Shown piece after piece: positions 30,542-40,999 of a DNA stretch of 64,000 nucleotides (its first letter is position 1; the number at the start of each line of letters is the position of its first letter). This DNA is from a bacterium. GTDB taxonomy: Bacteria; Synergistota; GBS-1. The position numbers and the translations under genes are program-made. Under the pieces are notes generated by a model. It was not told the origin of the DNA, made no database searches, and saw only the letters and a list, made by a program, of their open reading frames with translations. The DNA lies in the NCBI GenBank assembly GCA_030153785.1, contig JASKLF010000004.1, forward strand, positions 17,551-81,550, written 5' to 3'.

Positions 30542-31243
30542 ATGCTCAAGGTTGAAAATCTTCATGTTTATTATGGAGGAATTCATGCTCTTAAAGGGAT
30601 TAGCTTTGAGGTTCCTGAAGGGAAAATTGTTACCCTTATAGGTGCTAATGGTGCTGGTAAGACCACTACATTAAGGGCTATTTGTGGCCTTGTGGATGCT
30701 AAAGGCTCTATAAAATTAAAGGGGGAAGAGCTAATTGGGAAACCCACTCATGAAATAGTCCAGAAAGGGATAGCGATGGTGCCTGAAGGAAGGCGAGTTT
30801 TTCCTAATTTGACTGTGATGGAGAATTTACTGATGGGAGCTTATTACAGGAATGATAATAGTATTGAAAAAGACCTTGAATGGATTTTCAATTTATTTCC
30901 AAGACTTCAAGAAAGGAAGTGGCAAAAGGCTGGTACCCTTTCTGGTGGAGAACAACAAATGCTGGCTTTGGGAAGGGCTCTCATGGGTAGACCTCAGCTT
31001 CTTATGATGGACGAACCTTCGTTGGGATTGGCTCCTCTTCTTGTAAGGGAAGTATTTAAGGTTATAAAAAAGATAAATGAAGAAGGAAAGACTATTCTGT
31101 TAATAGAGCAGAACGCTCGTGCTGCGTTAAAAATTGTCCATTATGGTTATGTGCTTGAAACCGGAAGAATAGTTATGGAAGGTCCAGGTGAAGAGCTTTT
31201 GAATGATGACCGAGTCAGGAGGGTATACTTGGGTGAAGCGTAA
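30542..31243 (+). CDS. livF: BCAA ABC transporter ATP-binding protein LivF
   Basis: GANGAGKTT, VPEGRRVF, LSGGEQQM, DEPSLGLAP, EQNA. Confidence 0.95.
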   Translation: MLKVENLHVYYGGIHALKGISFEVPEGKIVTLIGANGAGKTTTLRAICGLVDAKGSIKLKGEELIGKPTHEIVQKGIAMVPEGRRVFPNLTVMENLLMGAYYRNDNSIEKDLEWIFNLFPRLQERKWQKAGTLSGGEQQMLALGRALMGRPQLLMMDEPSLGLAPLLVREVFKVIKKINEEGKTILLIEQNARAALKIVHYGYVLETGRIVMEGPGEELLNDDRVRRVYLGEA

Positions 31244-32144
31244 TTTACTGGAAGACATTCTGGGTGAGATAGTCATAGAGACCCCCTTTTTTTTAAGGAA
31301 CCTTGTTATTTATCCTCTTAAGTTTCCCGAAATTGATGTAGGGGGAGAGTTTTTGACGCTTGAGGATGATGGCTTTTCTGTATCTGAGCTTGATCCCCCC
31401 ACGATCGAACGGGTAAGGTTTACTAACTTATCTGGAAAACCATTTTTTATCCTTGATGGAGAGGAGTTGTTGGGCGCTCGACAGGATAGGGTAGTTAATA
31501 CTTCTCTATGGATAGGAAAAATGGGGGATTTTGAGATCCCGGTATCTTGTATAGAACGGAGAAGATGGGGTGGAGGGACTATTTTCGAAACGGGGGTCGT
31601 TTTGCTTAACCCTTCTCTAAGAGGGACGCTTTGTGAAGGTGTTACCGGGTCGCTTTTCCGAGGAGAAGGTTATAAATCGGATCAGCGGGCGCTTTGGGAT
31701 TCTGTGGAAAGAACGTTGGCAAGCTTGAAAATTTCTTCTAAAACCTCTTCTTTCAATGATGTTTACGCTACTTTAAGAACGGAAATAGAGGGTTATCTGG
31801 AAGAGTTGCAGGGATTGAATGGAGATTTTTCTGGCTTTGTTGTGGAGACGCCTACACTCATTTCTGTAGATCTTTTCGGTAGCAGGAAGATTTTAGCAAA
31901 ATTTTTGAAAAAGCTCCTGAGAAGTTATTTAATAGAAGGCTTTCTGGCTAAAAGAGGGGTTAACCCCTCTCTTAGGAGGGTGAGAAGTCTGATAAAACCG
32001 ATTATTGTTAAGGATGTTATTGAACATTCAACGCCTACAGGTTTAGGTAAAGAAGTGAGATTTGGAGATGGTAAAAAAACTATAGGGAAAATTCTTGTAT
32101 TGGGTGAAACTTTTCTACACTTTTCTTTGTTTAAGGTGAAGTAG
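31233..32144 (+). CDS. ARPP-1 / DUF6569-like protein
   Basis: N.....FILDGEELLGARQDRVVN....IPVSCIERRRW and SDQRALW pattern recalled for the ARPP-1 domain. Confidence 0.7.
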   Translation: MKRNLLEDILGEIVIETPFFLRNLVIYPLKFPEIDVGGEFLTLEDDGFSVSELDPPTIERVRFTNLSGKPFFILDGEELLGARQDRVVNTSLWIGKMGDFEIPVSCIERRRWGGGTIFETGVVLLNPSLRGTLCEGVTGSLFRGEGYKSDQRALWDSVERTLASLKISSKTSSFNDVYATLRTEIEGYLEELQGLNGDFSGFVVETPTLISVDLFGSRKILAKFLKKLLRSYLIEGFLAKRGVNPSLRRVRSLIKPIIVKDVIEHSTPTGLGKEVRFGDGKKTIGKILVLGETFLHFSLFKVK

Positions 32145-32147
32145 CGT

Positions 32148-32528
32148 TTGATGAAAAGAAGTATCCTTGTTATTGATGACTCGCCTTTGGTTAGAGATCT
32201 TATAAAACAAATTCTTTCAAGAGAAGATGCGGAAGTAGTTGAGGCTTCTAATGGTGCTGAGGCTCTTGCTTTTTTGAAGAAAAATAAACCAGACCTTATA
32301 TTTTTAGATATCATGATGCCTGGGTTAGATGGCTTATCTCTTTTAAGGGAGATTCGCAAGATGGGACACCTTAAGGGCGTTCCAATAGTAATAGTAACGG
32401 CAATTGCGGAGAAAGATATTATCGGTGAATTGAAAGCTCTTGGGGTAGAAGAAGTAATATTTAAGCCGTTTAGCCCTGTTCAATTTAGAACGCTGGTTAA
32501 TAAGTATATTGGAAAGCAAGCAGAGTAG
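32148..32528 (+). CDS. Single-domain CheY-like response regulator
   Basis: ILVIDDS, FLDIMMPGLDG, VIVTA, KPF; canonical phosphoacceptor residues present. Confidence 0.92.
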   Translation: MMKRSILVIDDSPLVRDLIKQILSREDAEVVEASNGAEALAFLKKNKPDLIFLDIMMPGLDGLSLLREIRKMGHLKGVPIVIVTAIAEKDIIGELKALGVEEVIFKPFSPVQFRTLVNKYIGKQAE

Positions 32529-32553
32529 AGCTTTAGAGGTAGGCTATTCTTTG

Positions 32554-32562
32554 TGGTATAAT
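32554..32562 (+). promoter_or_regulatory. Extended -10 promoter of the cstA module
   Basis: TGGTATAAT about 38 nt upstream of the ATG at 32600. Confidence 0.6.
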
Positions 32563-32599
32563 ATCACTTGGATTGCTAGTTAAAAGGGAGGTGGGTTTT

Positions 32600-34357
32600 A
32601 TGTCAACTCTGGTGGTTCTTGTGGCGGCGGTGATTTATCTGGTGGCATATTTTACTTATGGTAAAGGTCTCGAAAGAAATGTAGCTAAGGCCGATCCTGC
32701 AAGACCAACACCTGCTGTTGCTTTGAAAGATGGCGTGGATTATTATCCCGCACATCCTTTTGTTCTTTATGGGCATCATTTTGCTTCTATAGCCGGTGCC
32801 GGACCTATTTTAGGACCTGCAATGGCCATGGCGTGGGGGTGGCTTCCAACATTAATATGGATATGGCTTGGTAATATTTTTATTGGAAGCGTTCACGATT
32901 ATCTTTCGCTAATGGCTTCTATAAGATACGAAGGAAAGTCCATTCAATACGTGGCTGGCAGGATTATGAGCAAAAGGACTTCTTATCTCTTTGAGGTTTT
33001 TGTATACTTTGCTTTAATCCTTGTAGTGGCCGCTTTTGCTGTTGCATTAGCAAGGACGTTTGTTTCTAATCCGTCGGTTCCTACTGCTTCTATAGGTTTC
33101 ATAATAGCAGCGATGATTTCAGGTTTTATCATGTATAGGTCAAGGTGGGGAATGAAGGGAGGAACAATTGTTGGTCTTGCTTTGCTCGCTTTATCTATAT
33201 GGCTTAGTTTCTACTTCCCGTTGAAGCTTTCCAGGGAAACGTGGTATGTCTTGACCTTCATTTATATTATTGTGGCAGCTTCATTACCGGTTTGGGTCTT
33301 GCTTCAGCCAAGAGACTATCTTAATGCTTATATTCTCTGGATAGGGTTAATTTTAGGAGGAATATCGTTCCTTATTTTGGCAAAGGGCTTCTCGTTCCCT
33401 TCGTTTACATCATTTAGTCCTAACATTGTTGGCGGGAAACCATCTCCTTTCTGGCCTACAGTGCCTTTAGTGGTAGCTTGTGGTGCGCTTTCAGGTTTTC
33501 ATTCTCTGGTAGCTTCTGGTACTTCTTCCAAACAGCTCGATAATGAATTAAGCGGTCTTTTGGTTGGTTACGGTTCGATGTTTACTGAAGGGTTTCTTTC
33601 AACAATAGTGGTTGTTTCAGTTGCGGTTTTTGGTTTTTCAGTTTTGGAGGGTTCAGCTGAAAAACTTTCTCAGATGAACATCAATTTAGATATGTTAAAG
33701 GCGGGAGGGGCCTATCTTGGGCAGAACTATCTGAAAGCTGCTGGAACAGTTGGTGGCCCATTGGGACCATTTTATTCGGGATATGCTATGGGGCTTGAAA
33801 ATGCTTTGGGTATACCATTCCACGTCGGAAGAACATTTGCTGGCCTTTGGGTATCCTGTTTCATCTTAACTACGCTGGATACTACTAACAGACTTGCGCG
33901 TTTTGCTTGGGCTGAGCTATTTGAGCCTCTTCGTGAAAGTGCGCCAGGATTTTATTCCTTTATCGCCAATAGATGGGTTGCTTCATTCATAGCTGCTTTC
34001 TTTGGTGTAGGCCTTGCTTGGGGAGGGGCTTTAAGTTTGCTTTGGCCTGCCTTTGCGGGAGCAAATCAGCTTCTTGCTTCTATAGCGTTGCTCACGGTTG
34101 CTGTTTGGGCAATTAACGTTCAAAAAGCATCCACAGGTTATAAGTGGTTCTTGCTAATTCCAAGCTTGTTCTTGTGGCTTACCGTTACTGTAGCGCTATT
34201 CTGGTATCTTATAGTTGTAGTTCCTGCGCAAGCTGGTGTTGCCAAATACAGCATTGGTGGTATGATATTGGTTATGTTAATACTCAACTTCTGGCTACTT
34301 TATGACTTCTCCAAGGCGCTTAGGAAGGGTTCTCAATTAATAGAACCTACGGTGTAG
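32600..34357 (+). CDS. cstA: Carbon starvation protein A family transporter
   Basis: DGVDY.P, GHHFASIAGAGPI.GP, LLQPRDY, ACGALSGFHSL, TTLDT..RL.R, WPAF..ANQLLA. Confidence 0.95.
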   Translation: MSTLVVLVAAVIYLVAYFTYGKGLERNVAKADPARPTPAVALKDGVDYYPAHPFVLYGHHFASIAGAGPILGPAMAMAWGWLPTLIWIWLGNIFIGSVHDYLSLMASIRYEGKSIQYVAGRIMSKRTSYLFEVFVYFALILVVAAFAVALARTFVSNPSVPTASIGFIIAAMISGFIMYRSRWGMKGGTIVGLALLALSIWLSFYFPLKLSRETWYVLTFIYIIVAASLPVWVLLQPRDYLNAYILWIGLILGGISFLILAKGFSFPSFTSFSPNIVGGKPSPFWPTVPLVVACGALSGFHSLVASGTSSKQLDNELSGLLVGYGSMFTEGFLSTIVVVSVAVFGFSVLEGSAEKLSQMNINLDMLKAGGAYLGQNYLKAAGTVGGPLGPFYSGYAMGLENALGIPFHVGRTFAGLWVSCFILTTLDTTNRLARFAWAELFEPLRESAPGFYSFIANRWVASFIAAFFGVGLAWGGALSLLWPAFAGANQLLASIALLTVAVWAINVQKASTGYKWFLLIPSLFLWLTVTVALFWYLIVVVPAQAGVAKYSIGGMILVMLILNFWLLYDFSKALRKGSQLIEPTV

Positions 34358-34367
34358 ATGAGATAGC

Positions 34368-34637
34368 ATGCTTTTTAGACATATTGCGAGATTTTTAAAA
34401 GGATTTTCGCAAGGCTTTAAAGAAAACGCTGTTAGTCTCATAGAGTTAGAGTGCGCGGAGTATGAAAATCTCTTTGCCTTATTGGTGGTTGGAGGGCTTG
34501 TCGGCTTGCCAAGCCCTCCAACCACTTTATCTTTTAGGTTGCTTCCTCTCTTGGAGCATGAGCTAAAGGTAATGTCTTCGATAACTTTGAATCTTGACGA
34601 TGCTTTTGGGAGGGTAGCGGGATACTTTGAAGCATGA
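34368..34637 (+). CDS. Small CstA/ArsA-associated protein (cory-CC-star-like)
   Basis: ELE..E.ENLFALLV.G..VGLPSPP...LLP.LE.E; sits between cstA and an ArsA-family gene. Confidence 0.65.
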   Translation: MLFRHIARFLKGFSQGFKENAVSLIELECAEYENLFALLVVGGLVGLPSPPTTLSFRLLPLLEHELKVMSSITLNLDDAFGRVAGYFEA

Positions 34638-35539
34638 AAATAAAGTTCTTTGTGGGTAAGGGTGGGGTCGGTAAGACCAGTGTTGCTGCATCTTATGCTG
34701 CGTATCTTTCCTCACAAGGTTATAAAACGCTTGTTGTTTCTCTTGATCCTGCGCATAATTTGGGAGATATTTTAGGAGTTAAGCTTTCTGACAAGGTCTC
34801 TCGCATAGATAAAAACCTTTTCGCCCGAGAGGTAGATTTGGATAAAGAAATATCTTCTTACCTTAACAAGATAGCTACAAGCTTGAGAATGACTTATAGA
34901 TATCTTTCTGTTCTTAATATGGATAGATACTTCAATGTTTTGCGTTTTTCTCCTGGCATGGAAGAACAGGCTACGCTTGAGGCAATCAAAAGACACATTT
35001 TTTCTGATAATTTTGATATCCTCCTTTTTGATACTGCGCCTACGGGACATACCTTGAGAGTGTTAAGCCTGCCATCGGTTTCTAAAATATGGTTAGATGA
35101 GTTAATCAAAATAAGAAGGCTTATATTAGATAGGCGAGGGATGATGGAGAGGGTGAAGGGTAGATGCTTGAACGGTGTTCCTTCTAAAGAAGAAGACGAT
35201 GATGTTATAAAGGAGCTTTTTAAAATGAAGGAAGAGTATATTACCTTGGATAGAAAGCTTAAAAGTGAAGACGTAACTTTTATACCTGTTTTAAATGCAG
35301 AGGAAGTGCCTTTGCTGGAGACGGAAAGGCTTGTTCGTTTTCTCACGAGATTGGATATGAGCATAGAAAAGATAGTGGTAAATAAATATATGCCTGATAG
35401 GGTTCCTAAGCAAAAAGAGGTGATGGAGAAAATTTTCTCGACTTTTTTAAATTATGAGATAAGGGTTATCCCATATTCTGATGAAAGTCCAAGGGGATTA
35501 TCTAAGCTTAGGGAGGTTTGTCTTGCTTGCCTAATCTAA
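34634..35539 (+). CDS. Single-domain ArsA/Get3(TRC40)-family ATPase
   Basis: GKGGVGKTS, SLDPAHNLGD, SPGMEE, DTAPTGHTLR.L.LP, VVNK. Confidence 0.9.
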   Translation: MKIKFFVGKGGVGKTSVAASYAAYLSSQGYKTLVVSLDPAHNLGDILGVKLSDKVSRIDKNLFAREVDLDKEISSYLNKIATSLRMTYRYLSVLNMDRYFNVLRFSPGMEEQATLEAIKRHIFSDNFDILLFDTAPTGHTLRVLSLPSVSKIWLDELIKIRRLILDRRGMMERVKGRCLNGVPSKEEDDDVIKELFKMKEEYITLDRKLKSEDVTFIPVLNAEEVPLLETERLVRFLTRLDMSIEKIVVNKYMPDRVPKQKEVMEKIFSTFLNYEIRVIPYSDESPRGLSKLREVCLACLI

Positions 35540-36153
35540 TACTCGTTTTTCTTATTATTTCGGCGGTGCTTACCTTACAGTTCTTTAAGGGAAGAAGATT
35601 AAACTTACTTTTGATGAAAAACTATTTACAAGAGATAGAGTCTTTGTTAAAAATAAAAGATAAGGACTATACGTGGATAGGTGGTTATGTGGGATTTAAG
35701 GCGGGCTATAAGATAGAAAACAAGTTATTTTCTGTATTAGAGGTTTCTCTGGTTTTGTCTCCTCGGCAAAGTCTCCTTTACTTGCCCATCTCCTTGTTGC
35801 TATTTAGGGGAGATCGGGCTTTCTTTTTATTGACCCCTCGTGATAAGAAAATATCAAGAGAGATTCATATCATAAGAGAAAAGGCCTTTTGGTTTAAACC
35901 TAAAATTAGAAGGATGAGGGAACTTCAGGAAAAAGAATTTTCTATTTCGGAGGTAACTTTTAAGGCTTTTCATGAGAGCGATGTTTTGCTTGAAAGGCTT
36001 TTAAGGATAATAAGGAGGTATAAAGGAGATTTAAGGATGATAAAGCATATCGCTATGGTTCCATCTACAAATAGGATTTACCTAAATCTAAGACCAAAGC
36101 CTGGTGAGCTTAAAAAGTTTTTAAAGCTTGTCTTGGAGGAATTAGAGCTATAG
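35518..36153 (+). CDS. Hypothetical protein with an N-terminal membrane anchor
   Basis: N-terminal hydrophobic helix, then KDKDYTWIGGYVGF and L.L.PRQSLLYLP; overlaps the ArsA-family gene. Confidence 0.65.
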   Translation: MSCLPNLILVFLIISAVLTLQFFKGRRLNLLLMKNYLQEIESLLKIKDKDYTWIGGYVGFKAGYKIENKLFSVLEVSLVLSPRQSLLYLPISLLLFRGDRAFFLLTPRDKKISREIHIIREKAFWFKPKIRRMRELQEKEFSISEVTFKAFHESDVLLERLLRIIRRYKGDLRMIKHIAMVPSTNRIYLNLRPKPGELKKFLKLVLEELEL

Positions 36154-36172
36154 ATTTTGAGCTTGGAGAATC

Positions 36173-36201
36173 TTGACATAGCGTATGTTGATTATTAGAA
36201 T
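36173..36201 (+). promoter_or_regulatory. Sigma70 promoter of the V-ATPase operon
   Basis: TTGACA (36173-78), 17 nt, TAGAAT (36196-201). Confidence 0.7.
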
Positions 36202-36231
36202 ATTAAAATAAAGTGTTTGGAGGTGTTTAAG

Positions 36232-36555
36232 TTGGAGGAGAACATCATAGAGGAAATAAAGAAGATCGAGGCAGAGGCAGATGAGATAATTAAAGAAGCT
36301 AAAAGAAAGGCGAGAGAACTTATAGAGAAAGCTAGCATGGAGGTTTCCGATATCCTTGCAGAGGCAAAGAAAGAAGCTGCCAAGATAAGAAGAAAAGCTG
36401 TAGATGATGGAATACAGGAGGGAGAAAAACTTTTTGCAGAAATGGTGAAAGAGGGAAAGGAAAAGGCAGAAAGGCTTGAGAGACATTATAAGAATAGGAT
36501 AGAAGAAACGGTAGAGTTTTTGTTGAAAGAGGTGCTGAACAAATATGGCAGTTAA
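36232..36555 (+). CDS. V/A-type ATPase peripheral stalk subunit G/H
   Basis: Charged coiled coil (IKKIEAEADEIIKEAK...), first gene of the operon; TTG after GGAGGTG. Confidence 0.8.
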   Translation: MEENIIEEIKKIEAEADEIIKEAKRKARELIEKASMEVSDILAEAKKEAAKIRRKAVDDGIQEGEKLFAEMVKEGKEKAERLERHYKNRIEETVEFLLKEVLNKYGS

Positions 36556-38554
36556 CGAGATGCTCAAGCTTAGGGTTATATCTCATAAGTCGGTGAAAGA
36601 AGAAATAGTTGATGCTCTCTTAAGGTTGGGAGTAATAGAATTTGTTAGCCTTCCTTCTGCATTGGGGGACAAAATTCAGGCTCTTGGTGTGATTAGAGAA
36701 GAGGATGGAAGGGCTTTATCGGAAATGGAGTCCTTTCTCAACGACTTAAGGATTGCCATAGAATTTCTTGATAATGCTAATGAAGATAGAAGGGGCTTAT
36801 TTGATTCTCTTCTTGGAAGGAAAATTTACATTCAGAGCAGTGAGTTCGAAGATAGAGTTAAAAAACTGGATTACAAAAGGGTAGTTGAGGAAATAAGGGG
36901 TGTTGAGAGAAAGCTTACAGAACTTAGAAATAAAAGAGCTCAGTTGTCTTCAGAGAGAAAGCTTCTTGAGGACTGGAAGGATTTAAATATTCCATTGGAG
37001 TTTTTTGAAGAAGGAACTTTGGTAACAGCGGGGCTTCTTGGTTCTATCAAAACAGAGGAGTTTGATAAATTTTTGCGGGAAGTAGAAGAGAAGCTTTCCT
37101 TGTGGGAATTGTATACCCTTCCTTCTTCTCCTCAATTTAAGACATTTGCTTTAGTTTATTTAAGAGAAGAGCACGAGAATCTGCAAGATATCATTAAAAA
37201 TTATAGTTTTAACGCTGTGGTTTTGCCCAAGAGGAGGGGAACAGTAAGAAGGGTTCTTGAGGAACTAGATAGGGAAATAAAGGAACTGGACAAAGAAAGA
37301 GAGTTGCTGGTTTCAAAAGTTAAGGAGTATGTTTCCTTCCTCGATGACCTTAAAATAGTGTACGATTATCTTTTGATTGCCTTTACTAAGCAAAAAGCTA
37401 GTATGGATTTTTTGTCCACTTCAAAGGTTTTTGTCTTTGAAGGGTGGGTAAGAAAGAAAGACAGGGCTAAAGTGGAATCTCTCTTTAAGAGATATTCAGC
37501 CGTTGTAGCCTATTCTTTTGAGGAGCCTTCTATTGATGAGGAAGTTCCCGTGGTAATAGAAAATCATCCTTTGATTAGACCTTTTGAGGTTTTAACAGCT
37601 CTTTATGGGCTTCCTCAATATGGTAAAGATATAGATCCTACTCCGTATGTTGCCCCCTTTTTCTTTGTTTTCTTTGGGCTTTGTTTGTCTGATGCCGGTT
37701 ATGGGGTTATAATGACTTTCTTAATAGGTTGGTTGTTGCTAAAACACGGTTCTAGACTTTCCTTTAGTGTTAAAAGATTTATGATGCTTTTACTGTTAGG
37801 TGGAATATCGACCATTCTATTCGGGGCTCTCCAAGGAGCATGGTTTGACGGTTTGTTTGCTCAAGTTTCTTGGTTAAAGGGGTTAGACATAGCCTTGAAT
37901 AGAATTAAGATTATGGATCCCCTTGAAGATCCTATGAAGCTTTTAGTTATAGCTTTGGCATTGGGTATAGTTCATGTTTTTCTTGGACTTATTCTTAAGG
38001 CTTATGTAAACGTAAGGCAGGGCAATATTAAGGATGCCTTGTTTGATCAGATAGGATGGCTCTGGTTTCTTACTTCCCTCCTTTTCCTTGGTTCTGTCAG
38101 GGCTGGATGGGTTTCGAGTTCCTTAGCGGGTCTTTCTAAAGCTATGGCTATAGGAGGAGCGTTATTTTTGATTCTTACCCAAGGGAGAGGGGAAAGAAAC
38201 ATTTTGAAAAAGGCGATTAAAGGGGTAATTAGCTTGTACGATGTTATGGGATATTTAAGCGATGTGCTTTCGTATAGCAGAATTCTTGCTCTGGGATTGG
38301 GAACCACGGTAATAGCTATGATAGTTAACCTTTTGGCCTCAATGGTTCTTAAGGTTCCTGTGATAGGGATTGTTATCGCTTTGCTTATTCTTATCGTTGG
38401 CCATACCTTAAGTCTTTTAGTAAATGCGCTGGGGGCTTTTGTTCACTCCACGCGTTTGCAGTATGTGGAGTTCTTTAGTAAGTTTTACTCTGGTGGTGGA
38501 AAGGCTTTTGAGCCATTTACTATTAAAACGAGATTCACGGAGATAAAAGAGTAG
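36545..38554 (+). CDS. ntpI: V/A-type ATPase subunit I (a)
   Basis: YGLPQY..IDPT, FFG..LSDAGYG, SDVLSYSRILALG, HSTRLQYVEFF.KFY. Confidence 0.95.
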   Translation: MAVNEMLKLRVISHKSVKEEIVDALLRLGVIEFVSLPSALGDKIQALGVIREEDGRALSEMESFLNDLRIAIEFLDNANEDRRGLFDSLLGRKIYIQSSEFEDRVKKLDYKRVVEEIRGVERKLTELRNKRAQLSSERKLLEDWKDLNIPLEFFEEGTLVTAGLLGSIKTEEFDKFLREVEEKLSLWELYTLPSSPQFKTFALVYLREEHENLQDIIKNYSFNAVVLPKRRGTVRRVLEELDREIKELDKERELLVSKVKEYVSFLDDLKIVYDYLLIAFTKQKASMDFLSTSKVFVFEGWVRKKDRAKVESLFKRYSAVVAYSFEEPSIDEEVPVVIENHPLIRPFEVLTALYGLPQYGKDIDPTPYVAPFFFVFFGLCLSDAGYGVIMTFLIGWLLLKHGSRLSFSVKRFMMLLLLGGISTILFGALQGAWFDGLFAQVSWLKGLDIALNRIKIMDPLEDPMKLLVIALALGIVHVFLGLILKAYVNVRQGNIKDALFDQIGWLWFLTSLLFLGSVRAGWVSSSLAGLSKAMAIGGALFLILTQGRGERNILKKAIKGVISLYDVMGYLSDVLSYSRILALGLGTTVIAMIVNLLASMVLKVPVIGIVIALLILIVGHTLSLLVNALGAFVHSTRLQYVEFFSKFYSGGGKAFEPFTIKTRFTEIKE

Positions 38555-38570
38555 GGAAGGAGGTATGTGA

Positions 38571-39047
<477 letters not shown>

Positions 39048-39060
39048 GGAGGCTCAAGGG

Positions 39061-39654
39061 ATGTCCTTGGATAAGATAAAGCAAAAGATTTTAGAGGATG
39101 CTAAGAGAGAGGCTGAGAAAATAATTAAAGATGCGGAGGGTAAGAAGGACAAAATATTGAAAGATGCGAAGGCAAGGGCGGAGGAGATAGTTACTAAAGC
39201 TAAGCTTCAATATGATGAGTTGAAAAAGCGGGAGATAGAAAATAAGAGGATTTTAGCGGAGCTCGAAGTTGGAAAGCAATTGTTGGCTGCAAGGAGAAAA
39301 ATTCTTGATGAGGTTTTCGATGAACTTCGCTCGAGGTTGGAAAAGTTGGGAAAGGAAGACTACTGTGCCTTCTTTGAAAGGTTGCTGAAGAAATCTGTTG
39401 AGACGGGCAAAGAGGAAGTTGTATTAGGGAAAGAAGAAAAATTCCTTGATGGGGACTTTTTTCAAGAAATAAACAAAAAGCAAGGCTGGAACCTGAGAGT
39501 TTCTAAGCATAGAGGTGGCTTTAGAAGGGGATTTATTCTTTCTCAAGGGGATATAGAGGTTAACCTTTCCATAGATGCGATAATTAGGGATGTGAAGGAA
39601 AAATGGGAAGACATTGTGGTAAGGAAGCTTTTTACGGAGGAGGGCACTAGCTAA
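39061..39654 (+). CDS. ntpE: V/A-type ATPase subunit E
   Basis: MSLDKIKQKILEDA coiled coil; GFILSQGDIEVN.S. Confidence 0.88.
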   Translation: MSLDKIKQKILEDAKREAEKIIKDAEGKKDKILKDAKARAEEIVTKAKLQYDELKKREIENKRILAELEVGKQLLAARRKILDEVFDELRSRLEKLGKEDYCAFFERLLKKSVETGKEEVVLGKEEKFLDGDFFQEINKKQGWNLRVSKHRGGFRRGFILSQGDIEVNLSIDAIIRDVKEKWEDIVVRKLFTEEGTS

Positions 39655-39655
39655 G

Positions 39656-40669
39656 GTGGAAAGAAACTTTAAGTATACCTATGCGGTGTCTCGCATTAGG
39701 TGCTTAGAAAATGAACTTCTACCAATGTCTTTCTTCCATAGATTGATTGGAGCAAATTCTATAGATGAGATTAAGAAAATGTTGGGGGAAACTGTATATG
39801 GCTTAAAGGAAGCGGAAAATTTTGATGTTCTTTGGGAAGACGAGTTAAGGAGAACTGCCGGTATAGTGAGAGAAATAATAAGGGAAAAGAGAATAAGAGA
39901 TTTCTTTGCTTATAGCTACGATATTTTTAATGTTAAGGTTCTGTTTAAGAACAAGATTTTGGCGAAACGTGGTTTAAAGAAGAACTGGGATATACTCATT
40001 GATATGGGGACAGTTCCAGTTGAAAAGATGATTTCTTATATAGAAAATGAACAATACGTTTTTTTACCCTTTTACAGAAAGGACGGGGTTTATATACTTT
40101 TCGATTTGTTGGAAAAAATCGAGAAAATGGAATTGGATACAAAGTTCGTAGATATTTATCTGGATAAGCTTTATTTTCACTTCATGCTTGATGAAGCAAA
40201 GGCCTTAGGTGAGCCCTTTTTGCTTACATACATAAGGACGCTTATAGATCTCACCAATATTATGGTCTTTTTTAGGTCTAAGCTTGTAGATAGACCGAAG
40301 AGCTTTGTAAATGATGTTTTGATCCCGGGAGGCTTTGTGGATAAAGATAAATTTGTGGAGGTTTATCAGGATACCCCTGACATGCTCGTCAAGTCTCTAA
40401 GTTATTCTCCATATAGTGGCGTTTTGGAGAAGATGGTAGCTTTATTTGAGCAGGGGAGGAATATTTCCTTAATAGAAAAGCTGAAAGACAATTACCTTAT
40501 TACTTTTATGAAGCAAGCTAAACATGTAATGTTTGGGATTCAGCCCATAGTTGCCTTTATGGTGGCTAAGGATATGGAAGTGAAAAATTTAAGAATCATA
40601 ATTACAGGGAAGCAGGCCGGTCTTTCCGAGGACCTATTGAAGGAGAGGTTGCGAGATGTCTATGTCTAA
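39656..40669 (+). CDS. ntpC: V/A-type ATPase subunit C (d)
   Basis: YAVSRIR.LE, YD..N.K, ID..N, EVKNLRIII.GK, ERLRD.YV. Confidence 0.9.
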   Translation: MERNFKYTYAVSRIRCLENELLPMSFFHRLIGANSIDEIKKMLGETVYGLKEAENFDVLWEDELRRTAGIVREIIREKRIRDFFAYSYDIFNVKVLFKNKILAKRGLKKNWDILIDMGTVPVEKMISYIENEQYVFLPFYRKDGVYILFDLLEKIEKMELDTKFVDIYLDKLYFHFMLDEAKALGEPFLLTYIRTLIDLTNIMVFFRSKLVDRPKSFVNDVLIPGGFVDKDKFVEVYQDTPDMLVKSLSYSPYSGVLEKMVALFEQGRNISLIEKLKDNYLITFMKQAKHVMFGIQPIVAFMVAKDMEVKNLRIIITGKQAGLSEDLLKERLRDVYV

Positions 40670-40979
40670 AATTGCTATGATAGGGGATTACGAATCTTCC
40701 ATAGGTTTTAAGGCGGTCGGTATAGATACATATGTTCCAAAAGATAGGGAGGAAGCAAAGGAAATAATATCCTCCTTGGTTAAAGGAGGATATGGAATCG
40801 TATTTGTTACCGAAGAAATTGCTGACTCTCTGGGAGAGGTAGTTGATCAGATAAATAGGGAGAGCAGGTGTACAGTTCTCATTATTCCAAGTGTGAGGGG
40901 ATCGAAAGGATTGGGGATAGAGAAAATAAGAAAGAGTGTTGAAAAGGCAGTAGGGATAGATATTTTTAAAACGTCGTGA
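40656..40979 (+). CDS. ntpF: V/A-type ATPase subunit F
   Basis: KIAMIGD..S.IGF..VG, IIP, VEKAVGIDI. Confidence 0.92.
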   Translation: MSMSKIAMIGDYESSIGFKAVGIDTYVPKDREEAKEIISSLVKGGYGIVFVTEEIADSLGEVVDQINRESRCTVLIIPSVRGSKGLGIEKIRKSVEKAVGIDIFKTS

Positions 40980-40999
40980 TTCTGAAATAAAAGGAGAGG

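Noticed and set aside
34634..35539. Arsenic-resistance operon
   Set aside because: Single-domain ATPase with no ars pump, reductase, chaperone or repressor nearby.
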